Of a DNA stretch of 64,000 bases, positions 1 to 9,469 are shown piece after piece. Both the position numbers and the translations under genes were made by a program. The first letter of the stretch is position 1. Each line of letters opens with the position of its first letter. The DNA is from Hyphomonadaceae bacterium (GTDB lineage: Bacteria > Pseudomonadota > Alphaproteobacteria > Caulobacterales > Aquidulcibacteraceae). The DNA is taken from the NCBI GenBank assembly GCA_050185805.1, contig JBFWZB010000006.1:5818-69817 (forward strand), read 5' to 3'. The notes below the pieces were generated by a model. That model was not told the origin of the DNA and made no database searches. It was given only the letters and a program-made list of their open reading frames with translations.

Positions 1-330
1 GGCGCGGTCATCGTCATCGGCCGCATCGTCGCGGACACATTTGGCGAAGCGGGTCTGTTGCCGTTCGCCGCGACGGCGGGGCTGGCGGACGTCGATGCCG
101 TGGCGCTGGCGGCGGGCAGCTTGGTGCGCGGCGGGCTCGAGGCTGCGACGGGCGCACACGCCGTGCTGGTCGCGGTGGTCGTGAACACTTACTCGAAGGC
201 CGTAATTGCTTTCGTCACCGGGGGTTGGCGCTATGCGGCCTATTACGCCGCGTCGGCGTTGATCGCCACGATCGCGGGGGCCGCGGCGTGGCTCTTGATC
301 AACCCGATGCTTATCCCCGCCTCGTCTTGA
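1..330 (+). CDS. 3' end of MgtC/SapB-type DUF4010 membrane protein (partial, begins before window)
   Basis: Frame open from base 1 (GAVIVIGRIVADTFGEAGLLPFAATAGLADVDAVAL...VVVNTYSKA); GLADVDA and N-x-x-K motifs typical of DUF4010; hydrophobic. Confidence 0.7.
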   Translation, partial: GAVIVIGRIVADTFGEAGLLPFAATAGLADVDAVALAAGSLVRGGLEAATGAHAVLVAVVVNTYSKAVIAFVTGGWRYAAYYAASALIATIAGAAAWLLINPMLIPASS

Positions 331-353
331 CCCGCGGCTTCGGCTAGAAGCGG

Positions 354-905
354 ATGATGCGGTTCCTCATTGTCCTGGCGGCATGTGTGCTGAGCGCGTG
401 CGCGTTCACCTCCGAAGTCGCCTATCTCGACGACAGCGACGCCGTGTTTCCATTCGCCGATGGCGAGACGCGCATTTGGATCGAGGACGGCGAGGCCGAG
501 CGGAGATTGCGTTTCGCACGCGAGGGTGCGGGCTATCGCGTCTTCAACGAGGACGACCCGATGGACGCTCCGCTGCGCGTGATGTTTGCGGCCATTCCCG
601 AAACGCCCGAGGCTGATTATCTGCTGCAGATGCGCTTGCGCGAAGACGAAGAAGGACTGGTCTACGCTTTTATGTGGCGGACCGAGCAGGGCTTCGCTGT
701 CGCCAGTGCGCCGCGCGCCGTGCTGTCGGTTAATGATAAGCTGCATCCGGGCGTCTCTGCCTACTGCGAATGGCGCCAATACGGCGAATGCGCGCTGAAG
801 AGTGCGGAGAGCCTAGCCGGGCTCTATCGCCAATTCGTTTACCCCCGCTACGTCTCTCAAGGCGCCGTGCCGGAGGACATCATCATGCTTGAGCCGCAGC
901 CATGA
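354..905 (+). CDS. hypothetical lipoprotein
   Basis: N-terminal hydrophobic stretch with lipobox LSAC; ATGA overlap with next gene. Confidence 0.65.
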   Translation: MMRFLIVLAACVLSACAFTSEVAYLDDSDAVFPFADGETRIWIEDGEAERRLRFAREGAGYRVFNEDDPMDAPLRVMFAAIPETPEADYLLQMRLREDEEGLVYAFMWRTEQGFAVASAPRAVLSVNDKLHPGVSAYCEWRQYGECALKSAESLAGLYRQFVYPRYVSQGAVPEDIIMLEPQP

Positions 906-1852
906 ACAAAACGCTGCGCGTCGCCGTTCAGATGGACCCGATCGAAAGCATGATCGTCGAGAGGGACACCTCGCTCGCGCTGATGATTGCGGCGCAGGAA
1001 CGCGGGCATGAGGTCTGGTGGTTTACGCCGGGCGACGTTTTCTTCGACGTCGATCATGTCCGCGCGCGCGCCAAACGGGTGCGGGTGCGCCTGACGCCCG
1101 GCGCACACTACGACGCGATGGAGACCGCCGAGCGGCCGCTCGACGATTTCGACGTCGTGCTGATCCGCCAGGATCCGCCGTTCGATATGGGCTACGTCTC
1201 CAACACCTACCTGATGGAGCTGACGCGCGCATTGGTGCTGAACCCGCCGCGCGGCGTGCGCAACATCACCGAAAAGCTGGCGATCCTGAACTTCCCACAG
1301 CTGACGCCGCAGACATGGGTCGGCCGCGATCTCGACGCCTTGGAGGCGTTCGCGCGCCGGTTCGATCAGATTGTGCTCAAGGTCCTGTTCATGATGGGCG
1401 GCGACGGCGTCATCAAATTGCGCGGCGCCGATGTGGATTTCCGCGCGCGCGCCGGGAAATTCATCGAACTCGCGGGACGCGAGCCGGTGATGGCGCAAGA
1501 ATTTTTGCCCAGCGTCGCCGGCGGCGACAAACGCTTGTTCGTACTCGACGGCGAGGTGTTCGGCGCCATCCGCCGGGTGCCGCAGGGCGGCGACTTCCGG
1601 GCCAATCTGCACGTCGGCGGCGTGGCCAAAGCGGCGGAGATCGACGCCAGCGACAGAAAAGTCGGCGCCGCCGTCGCGCCGCTCCTGAAACGAGAAGGCG
1701 TGCTGTTCGCGGGCCTCGACATTATCGACGGGCGGCTGATCGAGATTAACGTCACCTCGCCGACTTTGGTGCAGGAATTGAAGCGCTTCAGCGGCCTCGA
1801 TCTGCCGCAAGCGTTCTGGGAGCGCGCCGAGCAGTTGGCGGCGGCGCGCTAA
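902..1852 (+). CDS. gshB: glutathione synthetase (ATP-grasp), somewhat divergent
   Basis: VAVQMDP, RQDPPFD, GDKR, RANLHVGG, EINVTSPT motifs. Confidence 0.85.
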   Translation: MNKTLRVAVQMDPIESMIVERDTSLALMIAAQERGHEVWWFTPGDVFFDVDHVRARAKRVRVRLTPGAHYDAMETAERPLDDFDVVLIRQDPPFDMGYVSNTYLMELTRALVLNPPRGVRNITEKLAILNFPQLTPQTWVGRDLDALEAFARRFDQIVLKVLFMMGGDGVIKLRGADVDFRARAGKFIELAGREPVMAQEFLPSVAGGDKRLFVLDGEVFGAIRRVPQGGDFRANLHVGGVAKAAEIDASDRKVGAAVAPLLKREGVLFAGLDIIDGRLIEINVTSPTLVQELKRFSGLDLPQAFWERAEQLAAAR

Positions 1853-2421
1853 TTGCCCCGTGCGAGGCGCAGAAACTCCTCACGCGTCCGCGGATCGTCA
1901 CGCACCACGCCCATGAGCCGCGAGGTAACGAGGTTGGAGCCTGGCGTATTCACGCCGCGCATCGTCATACAGGAGTGCTCGGCTTCGATCATCACGCCCA
2001 CGCCCTGCGGCTGCAGGATGTCATTGATGGCCTCCGCGATCTCGGCGGTGAGCTTTTCTTGAATCTGCAGCCGGCGGGAAAAGGCGTTCACGACGCGCGA
2101 CAGCTTGGAGATGCCGACGACGCGGTCGGTCGGCAAGTAGCCCACATGCGCCCGGCCCAGGAACGGCAGCATGTGATGCTCGCAGAAGCTGACCACGCGG
2201 ATGTCGCGCAGCACCACGAGATTGTCGTAGCCGCCGACCTGCTCGAAGGTCTTCTCGAGGTAGTCGCGCGGGTCCTCGTCGTAGCCGCCAAATAATTCGC
2301 GGTACGCTTTCGCCACGCGCGCGGGCGTGTCGGCTAGGCCTTCGCGGTTGGGATCGTCGCCGGCCCATTCGATCAAAACGCGGACGGCGGCTTCGGCTTC
2401 GGCTTGCGTTCGTTTGCTCAT
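1849..2421 (-). CDS. folE: GTP cyclohydrolase I
   Basis: REGLADTPARV, CEHHMLPF, GISKL, LQIQE, HSCMTMRG. Confidence 0.97.
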   Translation of the reverse strand: MSKRTQAEAEAAVRVLIEWAGDDPNREGLADTPARVAKAYRELFGGYDEDPRDYLEKTFEQVGGYDNLVVLRDIRVVSFCEHHMLPFLGRAHVGYLPTDRVVGISKLSRVVNAFSRRLQIQEKLTAEIAEAINDILQPQGVGVMIEAEHSCMTMRGVNTPGSNLVTSRLMGVVRDDPRTREEFLRLARGN

Positions 2422-2455
2422 GGCGCGCGAACGCTAGCTCGTGAAGGCGAACACG

Positions 2456-3319
2456 TCATGATGGCCTGACGAAACGGAGCGTCATGCGGTCGCTTTCGCC
2501 AATGGCGTCATAGGCTGCGCGGTCGAAATCGGCCGCAGGCTCTTGGCCGCTCTCGGCCGAGCGGCGCGTCGGCGGCAGCGTCCAGACGCCGAACGGGTGG
2601 TCGCGATCGTCGCGCGGGTTGGCGTTGATCTCGGAGCGCGCGGCAAGCGTGAGCCCGGCGCGCTCCGCCGCTTCGATCACGTACGCTTCCGGCACATAAC
2701 CGTCGGTTCTGGTCTCCTCAACGTTGGCGCCTTCGGCGGCGCGATGCTGCTCAACTGCGAGCACGCCGCCCGGGCGCAACACGCGTGCGAACTCGCTCAT
2801 GTAGCGGTCGGTCATGCCTGCGTTGCCGGCCCAGCCATGGAAGGCGCGCGCGACGAGAATAAAATCGGCGCTGGCGTCCGGCAGCGCGAGGCCGGAATGC
2901 ATGCCGAAATCCACCGCTGCAACCTCGCCGTAAATCGCGGCGTTGGCATATTCCTGAAGGAAAGAGGCGCGGGCGTTGCGCGCATTTTCGCTGACATTCG
3001 GCGCGCCCAGATCGATATGGCCGGCGATGTAGCGGCCATCGGTGGCGTGCGCGTAGGGTGCTAGAATCTTGGTCCACCACGACCCGCCGCCCGGCTGGAT
3101 CTCGACGATGGTCATGCCCGGGCGCAGACCCCAGAAGCGAAGCGCTTCTTCGGGGTGGCGATATTGATCACGCGCCCGGTCAGTGTCCGGACGCCAGGCG
3201 CCGGCGATTGCAGTGCTGAGCGCTTCGTCGGCGGCCACGTGGCCGGAGTGGGCGCTCTCTTGCGCGACGGCCGCGTTCGTGAGCGCGGCGAAGGCCGCGA
3301 GAGCCAGCAGAAAGCGCAT
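2456..3319 (-). CDS. exported class I SAM-dependent methyltransferase-fold protein (COG4798-like)
   Basis: Start at ATG 3319 (MRFLLALAAFAALTNAAVAQ signal peptide); RDQYRHP, VEIQPGGGSWWT, LRPGGVL, GVWTLPP, IGESDRMTLRF. Confidence 0.8.
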   Translation of the reverse strand: MRFLLALAAFAALTNAAVAQESAHSGHVAADEALSTAIAGAWRPDTDRARDQYRHPEEALRFWGLRPGMTIVEIQPGGGSWWTKILAPYAHATDGRYIAGHIDLGAPNVSENARNARASFLQEYANAAIYGEVAAVDFGMHSGLALPDASADFILVARAFHGWAGNAGMTDRYMSEFARVLRPGGVLAVEQHRAAEGANVEETRTDGYVPEAYVIEAAERAGLTLAARSEINANPRDDRDHPFGVWTLPPTRRSAESGQEPAADFDRAAYDAIGESDRMTLRFVRPS

Positions 3320-3330
3320 GAAAGTTCCCC

Positions 3331-4776
3331 TTAGAAAGATGCTGAGGCGATGATGAGAATGGCGGCGGCGATGTTCAATCCAAAACCGACCGCCAACATG
3401 CGCCGCAAAGTCACAAGGCCCGAAGAATAGGCGATGGCGTTGGGCGCGGTGGCCACCGGCAACATGAAGGCGAAGCTGGCGGCGATGGCGACTGGGAACG
3501 CGATCGGCTGCAGCGGCGTGTTGGTGGCCGCGGCGACGGCGGCGACGATAGGCAGCATCGATGTCAGCGTGGCGACATTGCTGGCGAGTTCCGAGACGAG
3601 GATCGTCACCACCACGAGGATGGCGATCAGTGCGATCATGGAGAGGGCGTCGAGCCCTGCTATTTGCGCGCCGATCCAGGCGGCGAGGCCAGTCGATTCC
3701 ATGGCCGCTGCAAGGGAGAGCCCGCCGCCGAAGAGGATGGCGATGCCCCAGGGTATGCGCTCCGCCGTCGGCCAGTCGATCAGCTTTTCGCCTTCGCCGC
3801 GTCCGGAGGGCACGAGAAACAGCGCCAGTGCGCCGGCGATGGCGATGCTGGTGTCGGTGAGGCCGCCGAGCCCCGGCAGTTCGACGATCAGCGTGCGCGT
3901 CATCCAGGCCAGCGCGACGCAGCCGAACACGAGGCCGATGCGGACTTCCGGCGTGGTGATTTTCCCCAGCGCATTGAGGGCGCTGCGGACGACATCGCCA
4001 ATCGCTTCTGCGCCAGCCTGTTTCGGCCGCGTCAGCAGCGGTAGGCACAACAGCAACCATGCCAACGGCAGCATGAGCAGAATGAGCGGCGCGGCGCGCG
4101 CCATCCAGTCGATGAAGGCGATCGGTTCGCCCGCACGCTCAAAGAAGGCGATGCCGATTAAATTGGTGGGCGAGCCCACCGGCGTGCCGATGCCGCCTAT
4201 GGTGGCCGCGTGCGCAACGCCGAGCGTCAATGCACCGCCCAAGGCGAGATCGGGCTTGCCGTCGCGGGCGAGCGCACGCGCTGCTCCAATCGCGATCGGC
4301 ACGAGCATCAGGGTCGTCGCCGTGTTCGAGATCCACATCGAGATCAGCGCCGAGGCCAGCATGAACGCCGCGACGAGAGCCACGGGGCGTCCGCCAGCGT
4401 GGACCGCGATGGAGAGCGCGATGCGCTCGTGCAGACGCCAGCGTTCGACGCACGCCGCAAGGATGAAGCCGCCGATGAAGAGAAAGACGATGGGATCGGC
4501 GTAAGGCGCGGCGGCCTCGCCCATGCTGGCCGCGCCCGCCAAAGGCAGAACGACGAGCGGCAACAGCGCCGTGGCGGATATTGGGATCGCTTCGGTCACC
4601 CACAGCACCACCATCAAGGCGGCGAGGGCGACGACGCGCCACGCTTCGGGGGATAGGCCCTCCAGCGGTGGCGTGAGCAGCAGCGTCAAGGCGACGCCCG
4701 GGCCCAAAATGAGACCGATCCAGCGGCCGGTGCGGCCGAAGCCCGTCTGTTCGCCGGCGACGGCGCTTTCGGTCAT
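3331..4776 (-). CDS. DASS/SLC13 family sodium-coupled anion (di/tricarboxylate) transporter
   Basis: SMWISNTAT, GTPVGSPTN, ASNVAT, FMLPVATAPNAI; many TM helices. Confidence 0.92.
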   Translation of the reverse strand: MTESAVAGEQTGFGRTGRWIGLILGPGVALTLLLTPPLEGLSPEAWRVVALAALMVVLWVTEAIPISATALLPLVVLPLAGAASMGEAAAPYADPIVFLFIGGFILAACVERWRLHERIALSIAVHAGGRPVALVAAFMLASALISMWISNTATTLMLVPIAIGAARALARDGKPDLALGGALTLGVAHAATIGGIGTPVGSPTNLIGIAFFERAGEPIAFIDWMARAAPLILLMLPLAWLLLCLPLLTRPKQAGAEAIGDVVRSALNALGKITTPEVRIGLVFGCVALAWMTRTLIVELPGLGGLTDTSIAIAGALALFLVPSGRGEGEKLIDWPTAERIPWGIAILFGGGLSLAAAMESTGLAAWIGAQIAGLDALSMIALIAILVVVTILVSELASNVATLTSMLPIVAAVAAATNTPLQPIAFPVAIAASFAFMLPVATAPNAIAYSSGLVTLRRMLAVGFGLNIAAAILIIASASF

Positions 4777-4845
4777 CCCCGCTCCCTTGCGTCCGGATTT
4801 GACACCGGCTTTGGGGCCTCATACCTCAGCGCCTCGCCTTTGGAA

Positions 4846-4932
4846 GCCCCAGTGGCGGAATCGGTAGACGCAGCAGACTCAAAATCTGCCGTTCGCAAGG
4901 ACGTGCCCGTTCGACTCGGGCCTGGGGCACCA
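4846..4932 (+). tRNA. tRNA-Leu (anticodon CAA)
   Basis: GCCCCAG/CTGGGGC acceptor stem, GCAGA-CTCAAAA-TCTGC anticodon arm, long variable arm, GTTCGA T-loop, CCA end. Confidence 0.97.
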
Positions 4933-5012
4933 GACGAAATGGCGCCGAGAGCGGTTAACGGACGCAGGCGCGGGCGCTGACGGCTTGGCCCGGCATGTGC
5001 TACGGCGCGGGC

Positions 5013-5600
5013 ATGCTCTCCGGACTCAAAGAACGCATGATGGGCGCGGCCCGCTCGAAAAACGCCGAGCGGGCGCTTTTCGTGGTTTCATTCGCGGAGA
5101 GTTCGTTCTTCCCGTTGCCGCCCGATTTGATGCTCGGCCCGATGGCGGCGGCAGAACCGTCGAAATGGCTTCGTTACGCCATCATTTGCACAATTGCGTC
5201 CGTGCTCGGCGGGCTCGCCGGCTACGCCATCGGCATGTTCCTGATGGATCAGATCGGGCGCCACATCCTCGACTTCTTCGGCTATTCCGGCGAACGCGAA
5301 TTGGAATTGCGCGCCTTCTACGATCAATGGGGCGCGTGGTTCATTTTCCTCAAGGGCTTGACGCCCATCCCCTACAAGCTGGTGACGATCCTTTCCGGCG
5401 CGCTGCATTTCTCAATCCCGATTTTCATTTTGGCGTCGATCGTCACACGCGGATTGCGTTTCCTCGCGGTGGCGTGGATTTTTCAGAAATTCGGCCAGCA
5501 GATCGCCCCGATTATGGAAAAGCGTATGGGGCTGGTGCTGGTGGTGGTGGCGCTGGTCATCGTCGCGGCGGTGCTGGCGCTGCGCTTCATGCCGCACTGA
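5013..5600 (+). CDS. YqaA/DedA (VTT domain) membrane protein
   Basis: SFAESSFFPLPPD, ASVLGG, TPIPYK, RGLRF. Confidence 0.9.
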   Translation: MLSGLKERMMGAARSKNAERALFVVSFAESSFFPLPPDLMLGPMAAAEPSKWLRYAIICTIASVLGGLAGYAIGMFLMDQIGRHILDFFGYSGERELELRAFYDQWGAWFIFLKGLTPIPYKLVTILSGALHFSIPIFILASIVTRGLRFLAVAWIFQKFGQQIAPIMEKRMGLVLVVVALVIVAAVLALRFMPH

Positions 5601-5640
5601 AGCGGCCGATCGGCGCTGCTTTGCGGTGGCAAATTGAGGT

Positions 5641-6147
5641 ATGGTTGCGCTGATGCTGGCCGTGTTTTCCCGCCTTCGCCCGATCTGGCCTGTGATGACG
5701 CTTCTGGGCTCGGGCGCGCTGCTGGCCGTTGCGCATGCGTTTCAGCGTATCGGCGGACTGGCGCCTTGCGCGCTCTGCCTCGACCAACGTGACTGGCACT
5801 GGGGTGTGGTGGCCGCGTCCGTGATTGGCCTCGCCCTGGTGCGCTTCAAACCCGGGCTGGCGCGGTGGGTGGCGTTTGCGCTCGGCCTCGTGGTGCTCGG
5901 AGCGGCTGGCATGGCCGCTTATCATGTCGGCGTCGAGCAAGGCTGGATCACCGCGACCTGCGAGGCCGATCTCGACATGGGCGACATCCAGGCGTTCGAC
6001 GTAAACGCGACCTTCGTCGCGCCAACGTGCGATACGCCAGCGTGGACTATGTTTGGCGTCTCGATGGCCGGCTATAACGCGATCATCTCCGTGCTCATTG
6101 CGCTGGCCAGTTTCGCCGTTGCGATTGCACCGTCGGAGGAAGCATGA
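5641..6147 (+). CDS. dsbB: disulfide bond formation protein DsbB family
   Basis: PCALCxxQR, YHVGVE, second Cys pair (TC...CD), GVSMAGYN. Confidence 0.85.
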   Translation: MVALMLAVFSRLRPIWPVMTLLGSGALLAVAHAFQRIGGLAPCALCLDQRDWHWGVVAASVIGLALVRFKPGLARWVAFALGLVVLGAAGMAAYHVGVEQGWITATCEADLDMGDIQAFDVNATFVAPTCDTPAWTMFGVSMAGYNAIISVLIALASFAVAIAPSEEA

Positions 6148-6704
6148 GCCGCGTGACGCCGCCGATGCCCGGCGCGGGCGCACGCGCGCGCCTGCTAGAG
6201 GAAATGATCCGCGTCGATCACGCCGGCGAATTTGGCGCTGTGCATATTTATCGCGGCCAACGCGCCGTGTTCGACCGCGTCGGCGCGAAATCGCATGCAG
6301 CGTCCCTCATTGCGGAGATGGAGGCGGGCGAACAGGAACATTTGCGGACGTTCGATCGCCTCATCGCCGAGCGCGGCGTGCGGCCCACGCTGATGGCGCC
6401 GATCTGGCGCGCCGCTGGCTTTGGCCTCGGCGCAGTCACCGCGCTGATGGGCGAGCGCGCTGCACACGCCTGCACCGAAGCGGTCGAGGAAGTGATCGAG
6501 GAGCATTACGCCCGGCAAAGCGATGCGCTTGATGGCGTAGACGAAGAATTGAAGGACGTCGTGGACCGCTTTCGCGCCGACGAAGTCGCGCACAAGGAAA
6601 CCGCGATCGATCAAGGCGCGCGCGAGGCGCCGGGCTATGAGGTGCTCTCCGCAGTCATACGCTTCGGCTGCCGCGCCGCGATTCGGATTTCCGAAAAGAT
6701 TTAG
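6144..6704 (+). CDS. coq7: demethoxyubiquinone hydroxylase (Coq7/CLK-1 di-iron family)
   Basis: IRVDHAGEFGA, EQEH, AVEEVIEEHY, DEVAH. Confidence 0.92.
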   Translation: MSRVTPPMPGAGARARLLEEMIRVDHAGEFGAVHIYRGQRAVFDRVGAKSHAASLIAEMEAGEQEHLRTFDRLIAERGVRPTLMAPIWRAAGFGLGAVTALMGERAAHACTEAVEEVIEEHYARQSDALDGVDEELKDVVDRFRADEVAHKETAIDQGAREAPGYEVLSAVIRFGCRAAIRISEKI

Positions 6705-7594
6705 CCCTCGCCGGGCTTTTCGCCGGCGCTGCGCTCCTGCACGCCAAGCGCGTCCGCAAGCCGCTCCCTCGCGCTGCCGGGCTTCAGCGGCTGCTGCTGG
6801 CTGGCGTGCGGCGCCCATCCGGTGGCCGTGAGAATTTCGAAGGTCGCGCGCACGCGGCCATCGGCGTCACCGAAACGCCGGCGGTAGATTTCGAGCGCCC
6901 GCATCAGCACCGTCCGCGTCAGCGGCGGCGCGCGTTCGGCGAGCGCTGCGGTCTCCCCCATCGCGCGGAGGTCGGAGAGCAAGCGCAGCGGCTCCCCGTA
7001 GCGGACCGTCACCACGTCGCGGTCCGCAGCGGGCAACGCGAAACCGGCGCGCTGCAAGAGCGCGCCAAGGTCGCGCAAATCGGCGAAGGGCGCGACGCGA
7101 AGCGCTGCGCCGCCTCGCACTTCGCTCTCCGCCTCAAGCAAGGCCAAGCGCAATTCATTCAGCGTCTCGCCGCCGAAGAGCGAGGCGAGCAACAGGCCGT
7201 CGGGCTTCAGCGCCGTGCGCAATTGGATCAGCGCGCCTGGCAAATCATTGACCCAGTGCAGCACCAGCGGCGAGACGATGAGATCAAACGCACCCGGTGC
7301 GAACGGCAAGCGCTCGAAATCGACCTCGACGCCCTCGCCGGCGACGTCGGCCTCGCTAAGGTCGCCAATGCGCGTCCCCAGTTCGGGCCGTTTGCTTAGC
7401 GCGGCGCGAAACAGGTCCGGCGCGCCGAGCACGAGCGCGCGCTCAAACCGGCGCGGGATCGCCTCAAGGCGCTCGGCGAGGTCTTCGGCGGCGCGTTGAT
7501 GCAAGAACGCTGCTTCGGCAAAGCCCTGCGCGGCGCGGCGCTTGCGCAACCGTAGCAGGCGTGCATCGAATGGCGCTTGGGGGGCGGTGGCCAT
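6701..7594 (-). CDS. SAM-dependent methyltransferase, BioC/NDUFAF5-like
   Basis: LHWVNDLPG, LKPDGLL, GGETLNELR, LQRAGFALP, DLRAMGE, QQPLKPGSA. Confidence 0.85.
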   Translation of the reverse strand: MATAPQAPFDARLLRLRKRRAAQGFAEAAFLHQRAAEDLAERLEAIPRRFERALVLGAPDLFRAALSKRPELGTRIGDLSEADVAGEGVEVDFERLPFAPGAFDLIVSPLVLHWVNDLPGALIQLRTALKPDGLLLASLFGGETLNELRLALLEAESEVRGGAALRVAPFADLRDLGALLQRAGFALPAADRDVVTVRYGEPLRLLSDLRAMGETAALAERAPPLTRTVLMRALEIYRRRFGDADGRVRATFEILTATGWAPHASQQQPLKPGSARERLADALGVQERSAGEKPGEG

Positions 7595-8354
7595 GAGCCA
7601 ATCCTATCGCGACACACGGGCGTTCCGGAAACGCGGAATTGTCGCGCATTTGTCGGACCTGATCTGGCCGCCGCGTTCGTTGCTTTCCGACGCTATCGTC
7701 GACCGGCCAGGCGTGATCGAAGCAGCGCGCTGGGCGGAACTTATTTTTCTGGCCGGGCCGCGATGCTTCCGCTGCGGATTTCCGTTTCAGGAGGTAACTG
7801 CCCCCGAGGATGTCTGCGCGGCGTGTGCTGGCGCGCCGCCCGCGTATGGTTCGGCGCGGGCGGCGCTCGCTTATGATGATCACGCGCGCCGCTTGGTGCT
7901 CGACCTCAAGCGCGGTGGTCGTCGCGACGGACTGCCGGTATTCGCAGGCTGGATGCTGCAGGCGGGCGCCGATGTGTTGGCGCGAAGCGATATGATCGCC
8001 CCCGCGCCGATGCATTGGACGCGTCTCGCCGTGCGCAGTTTCAACCAAGCCGCCTGGCTGGCGCAGGCGCTTTCACGCGCCAGCGGCAAGCCATGGCGCC
8101 CGGGGGCGCTACAGCGGGTCAAGCGGCGCAAGAGCCAAGCCGGCCTTTCGGCGTCCGAACGCCGCCGGAACGTCGCGGGCGCGATCAAGGCGTGGGGAAA
8201 GTACGAAGGCAAAACGATCCTTGTGGTGGATGATGTCTTCACCACCGGCGCGACTTTGGAGGCCTGCGCCCGTGCATTGAAGAAAGCGGGGGCTGCAGAA
8301 GTGCATGCCCTGACCCTGGCGCGGGTGGTGCGGCCGACCGATATTTCTCTCTGA
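7593..8354 (+). CDS. comF: ComF family protein (zinc ribbon + PRTase domain)
   Basis: CFRCG/CAAC, RSFNQA, VVDDVFTTGAT; start codon uncertain. Confidence 0.88.
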   Translation: MSQSYRDTRAFRKRGIVAHLSDLIWPPRSLLSDAIVDRPGVIEAARWAELIFLAGPRCFRCGFPFQEVTAPEDVCAACAGAPPAYGSARAALAYDDHARRLVLDLKRGGRRDGLPVFAGWMLQAGADVLARSDMIAPAPMHWTRLAVRSFNQAAWLAQALSRASGKPWRPGALQRVKRRKSQAGLSASERRRNVAGAIKAWGKYEGKTILVVDDVFTTGATLEACARALKKAGAAEVHALTLARVVRPTDISL

Positions 8355-8379
8355 CAGCGTGAGTCGAGAACGACAGCCG

Positions 8380-8637
8380 ATGCAGGTGACCATCTATACA
8401 CGAGGCTTTTGCGGTTATTGCACGCGCGCTCTCTCGCTGCTGCGCCGCAAGGGCGTGACGTTCAAGGAAATTGACATCGGCTGCGAGCCTGGCGCCCGAG
8501 AGGAGATGATCCAGCGCAGCATGGGCCGGCGCACGGTGCCGCAGATTTTCATCGGCGACACCCATGTCGGCGGGTGCGATGATTTGCATGCGCTCGAGCG
8601 CGAGGGCAGATTGGACCCGTTGCTGGCGGGAAGCTGA
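8380..8637 (+). CDS. grxC: glutaredoxin 3
   Basis: CGYC, TVPQIFIG, GGCDDL. Confidence 0.95.
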   Translation: MQVTIYTRGFCGYCTRALSLLRRKGVTFKEIDIGCEPGAREEMIQRSMGRRTVPQIFIGDTHVGGCDDLHALEREGRLDPLLAGS

Positions 8638-9467
8638 TGGCGCGGAAACTCAGAGTGGCGGCGGTGCAATTGCGGTCGGGCGTGGAGCCCGCGGCGAACC
8701 GCGCGCATGCGCTCCCCTTCCTGCGCGAAGCGGCGGCCGCCGGCGCGCGTTTCATAGCGACCCCGGAGATGACGACAAAGCTCGACCGCAACCGCGAGCG
8801 GATGCTGGCGTCCGTCGGACCGGAGAAAAACGACCCGGAATTGGCTGCTTGGGGGCGTGTGGCGCAGGAACTGGGTGTTTGGCTGCTGCTGGGCTCGGCG
8901 CCGATCGCCACCGGTGCGGGCAAGGTGTTCAACCGCTCCTTCTTCTTCGATCCGGATGGGCGCGTCGCTGCGCGCTACGACAAGATCAATCTGTTCGACG
9001 TGACGCTCGGCGGCGCCGAGAACTACCGCGAGAGCGACACAGTCGAGGGCGGCGGGAAGGCCATCGTCATTGAAGGGCCGATGGGCGCGAAAATCGGGCT
9101 CACGATCTGTTATGACGTGCGCTTTCCGCAGCTCTATCGCGCGCTGGGCAAAGCGGGTGCGGAAATCATCGCTGTGCCGGCCGCGTTCACTGTGCCCACA
9201 GGGCAAGCGCATTGGGAGGTTTTGCTGCGCGCGCGCGCGATCGAAAACGGTGCGTTCGTGATCGCTCCGGCGCAGGGCGGGCGCCACGAAGACGGCCGCG
9301 CCACTTGGGGACATTCGATGATCGTCGATCCTTGGGGAAAGGTGCTGGCGAAGCTCGATCACGACCAGCCCGGTTTCATCTGCGCCGATCTCGACCTCGA
9401 CCAAGCCAGCGAAGCGCGCGCGAAGATTCCGGCCTGGCAGGGCGGCGCCCGCTTCGACGGGCCGTAG
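8637..9467 (+). CDS. carbon-nitrogen hydrolase (Nit1 / deaminated glutathione amidase-like)
   Basis: TPE, YDKINLFDV, ICYDVRFP, PAAFTVPTG, RARAIEN, GHSMIVDPWG. Confidence 0.92.
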   Translation: MARKLRVAAVQLRSGVEPAANRAHALPFLREAAAAGARFIATPEMTTKLDRNRERMLASVGPEKNDPELAAWGRVAQELGVWLLLGSAPIATGAGKVFNRSFFFDPDGRVAARYDKINLFDVTLGGAENYRESDTVEGGGKAIVIEGPMGAKIGLTICYDVRFPQLYRALGKAGAEIIAVPAAFTVPTGQAHWEVLLRARAIENGAFVIAPAQGGRHEDGRATWGHSMIVDPWGKVLAKLDHDQPGFICADLDLDQASEARAKIPAWQGGARFDGP

Positions 9468-9469
9468 AT

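Noticed and set aside
3320-4060. 534-aa ORF 2456-4060 as a long fusion protein
   Set aside because: The upstream part is an alternative frame within the DASS gene; the real gene starts at ATG 3319 with a signal peptide.
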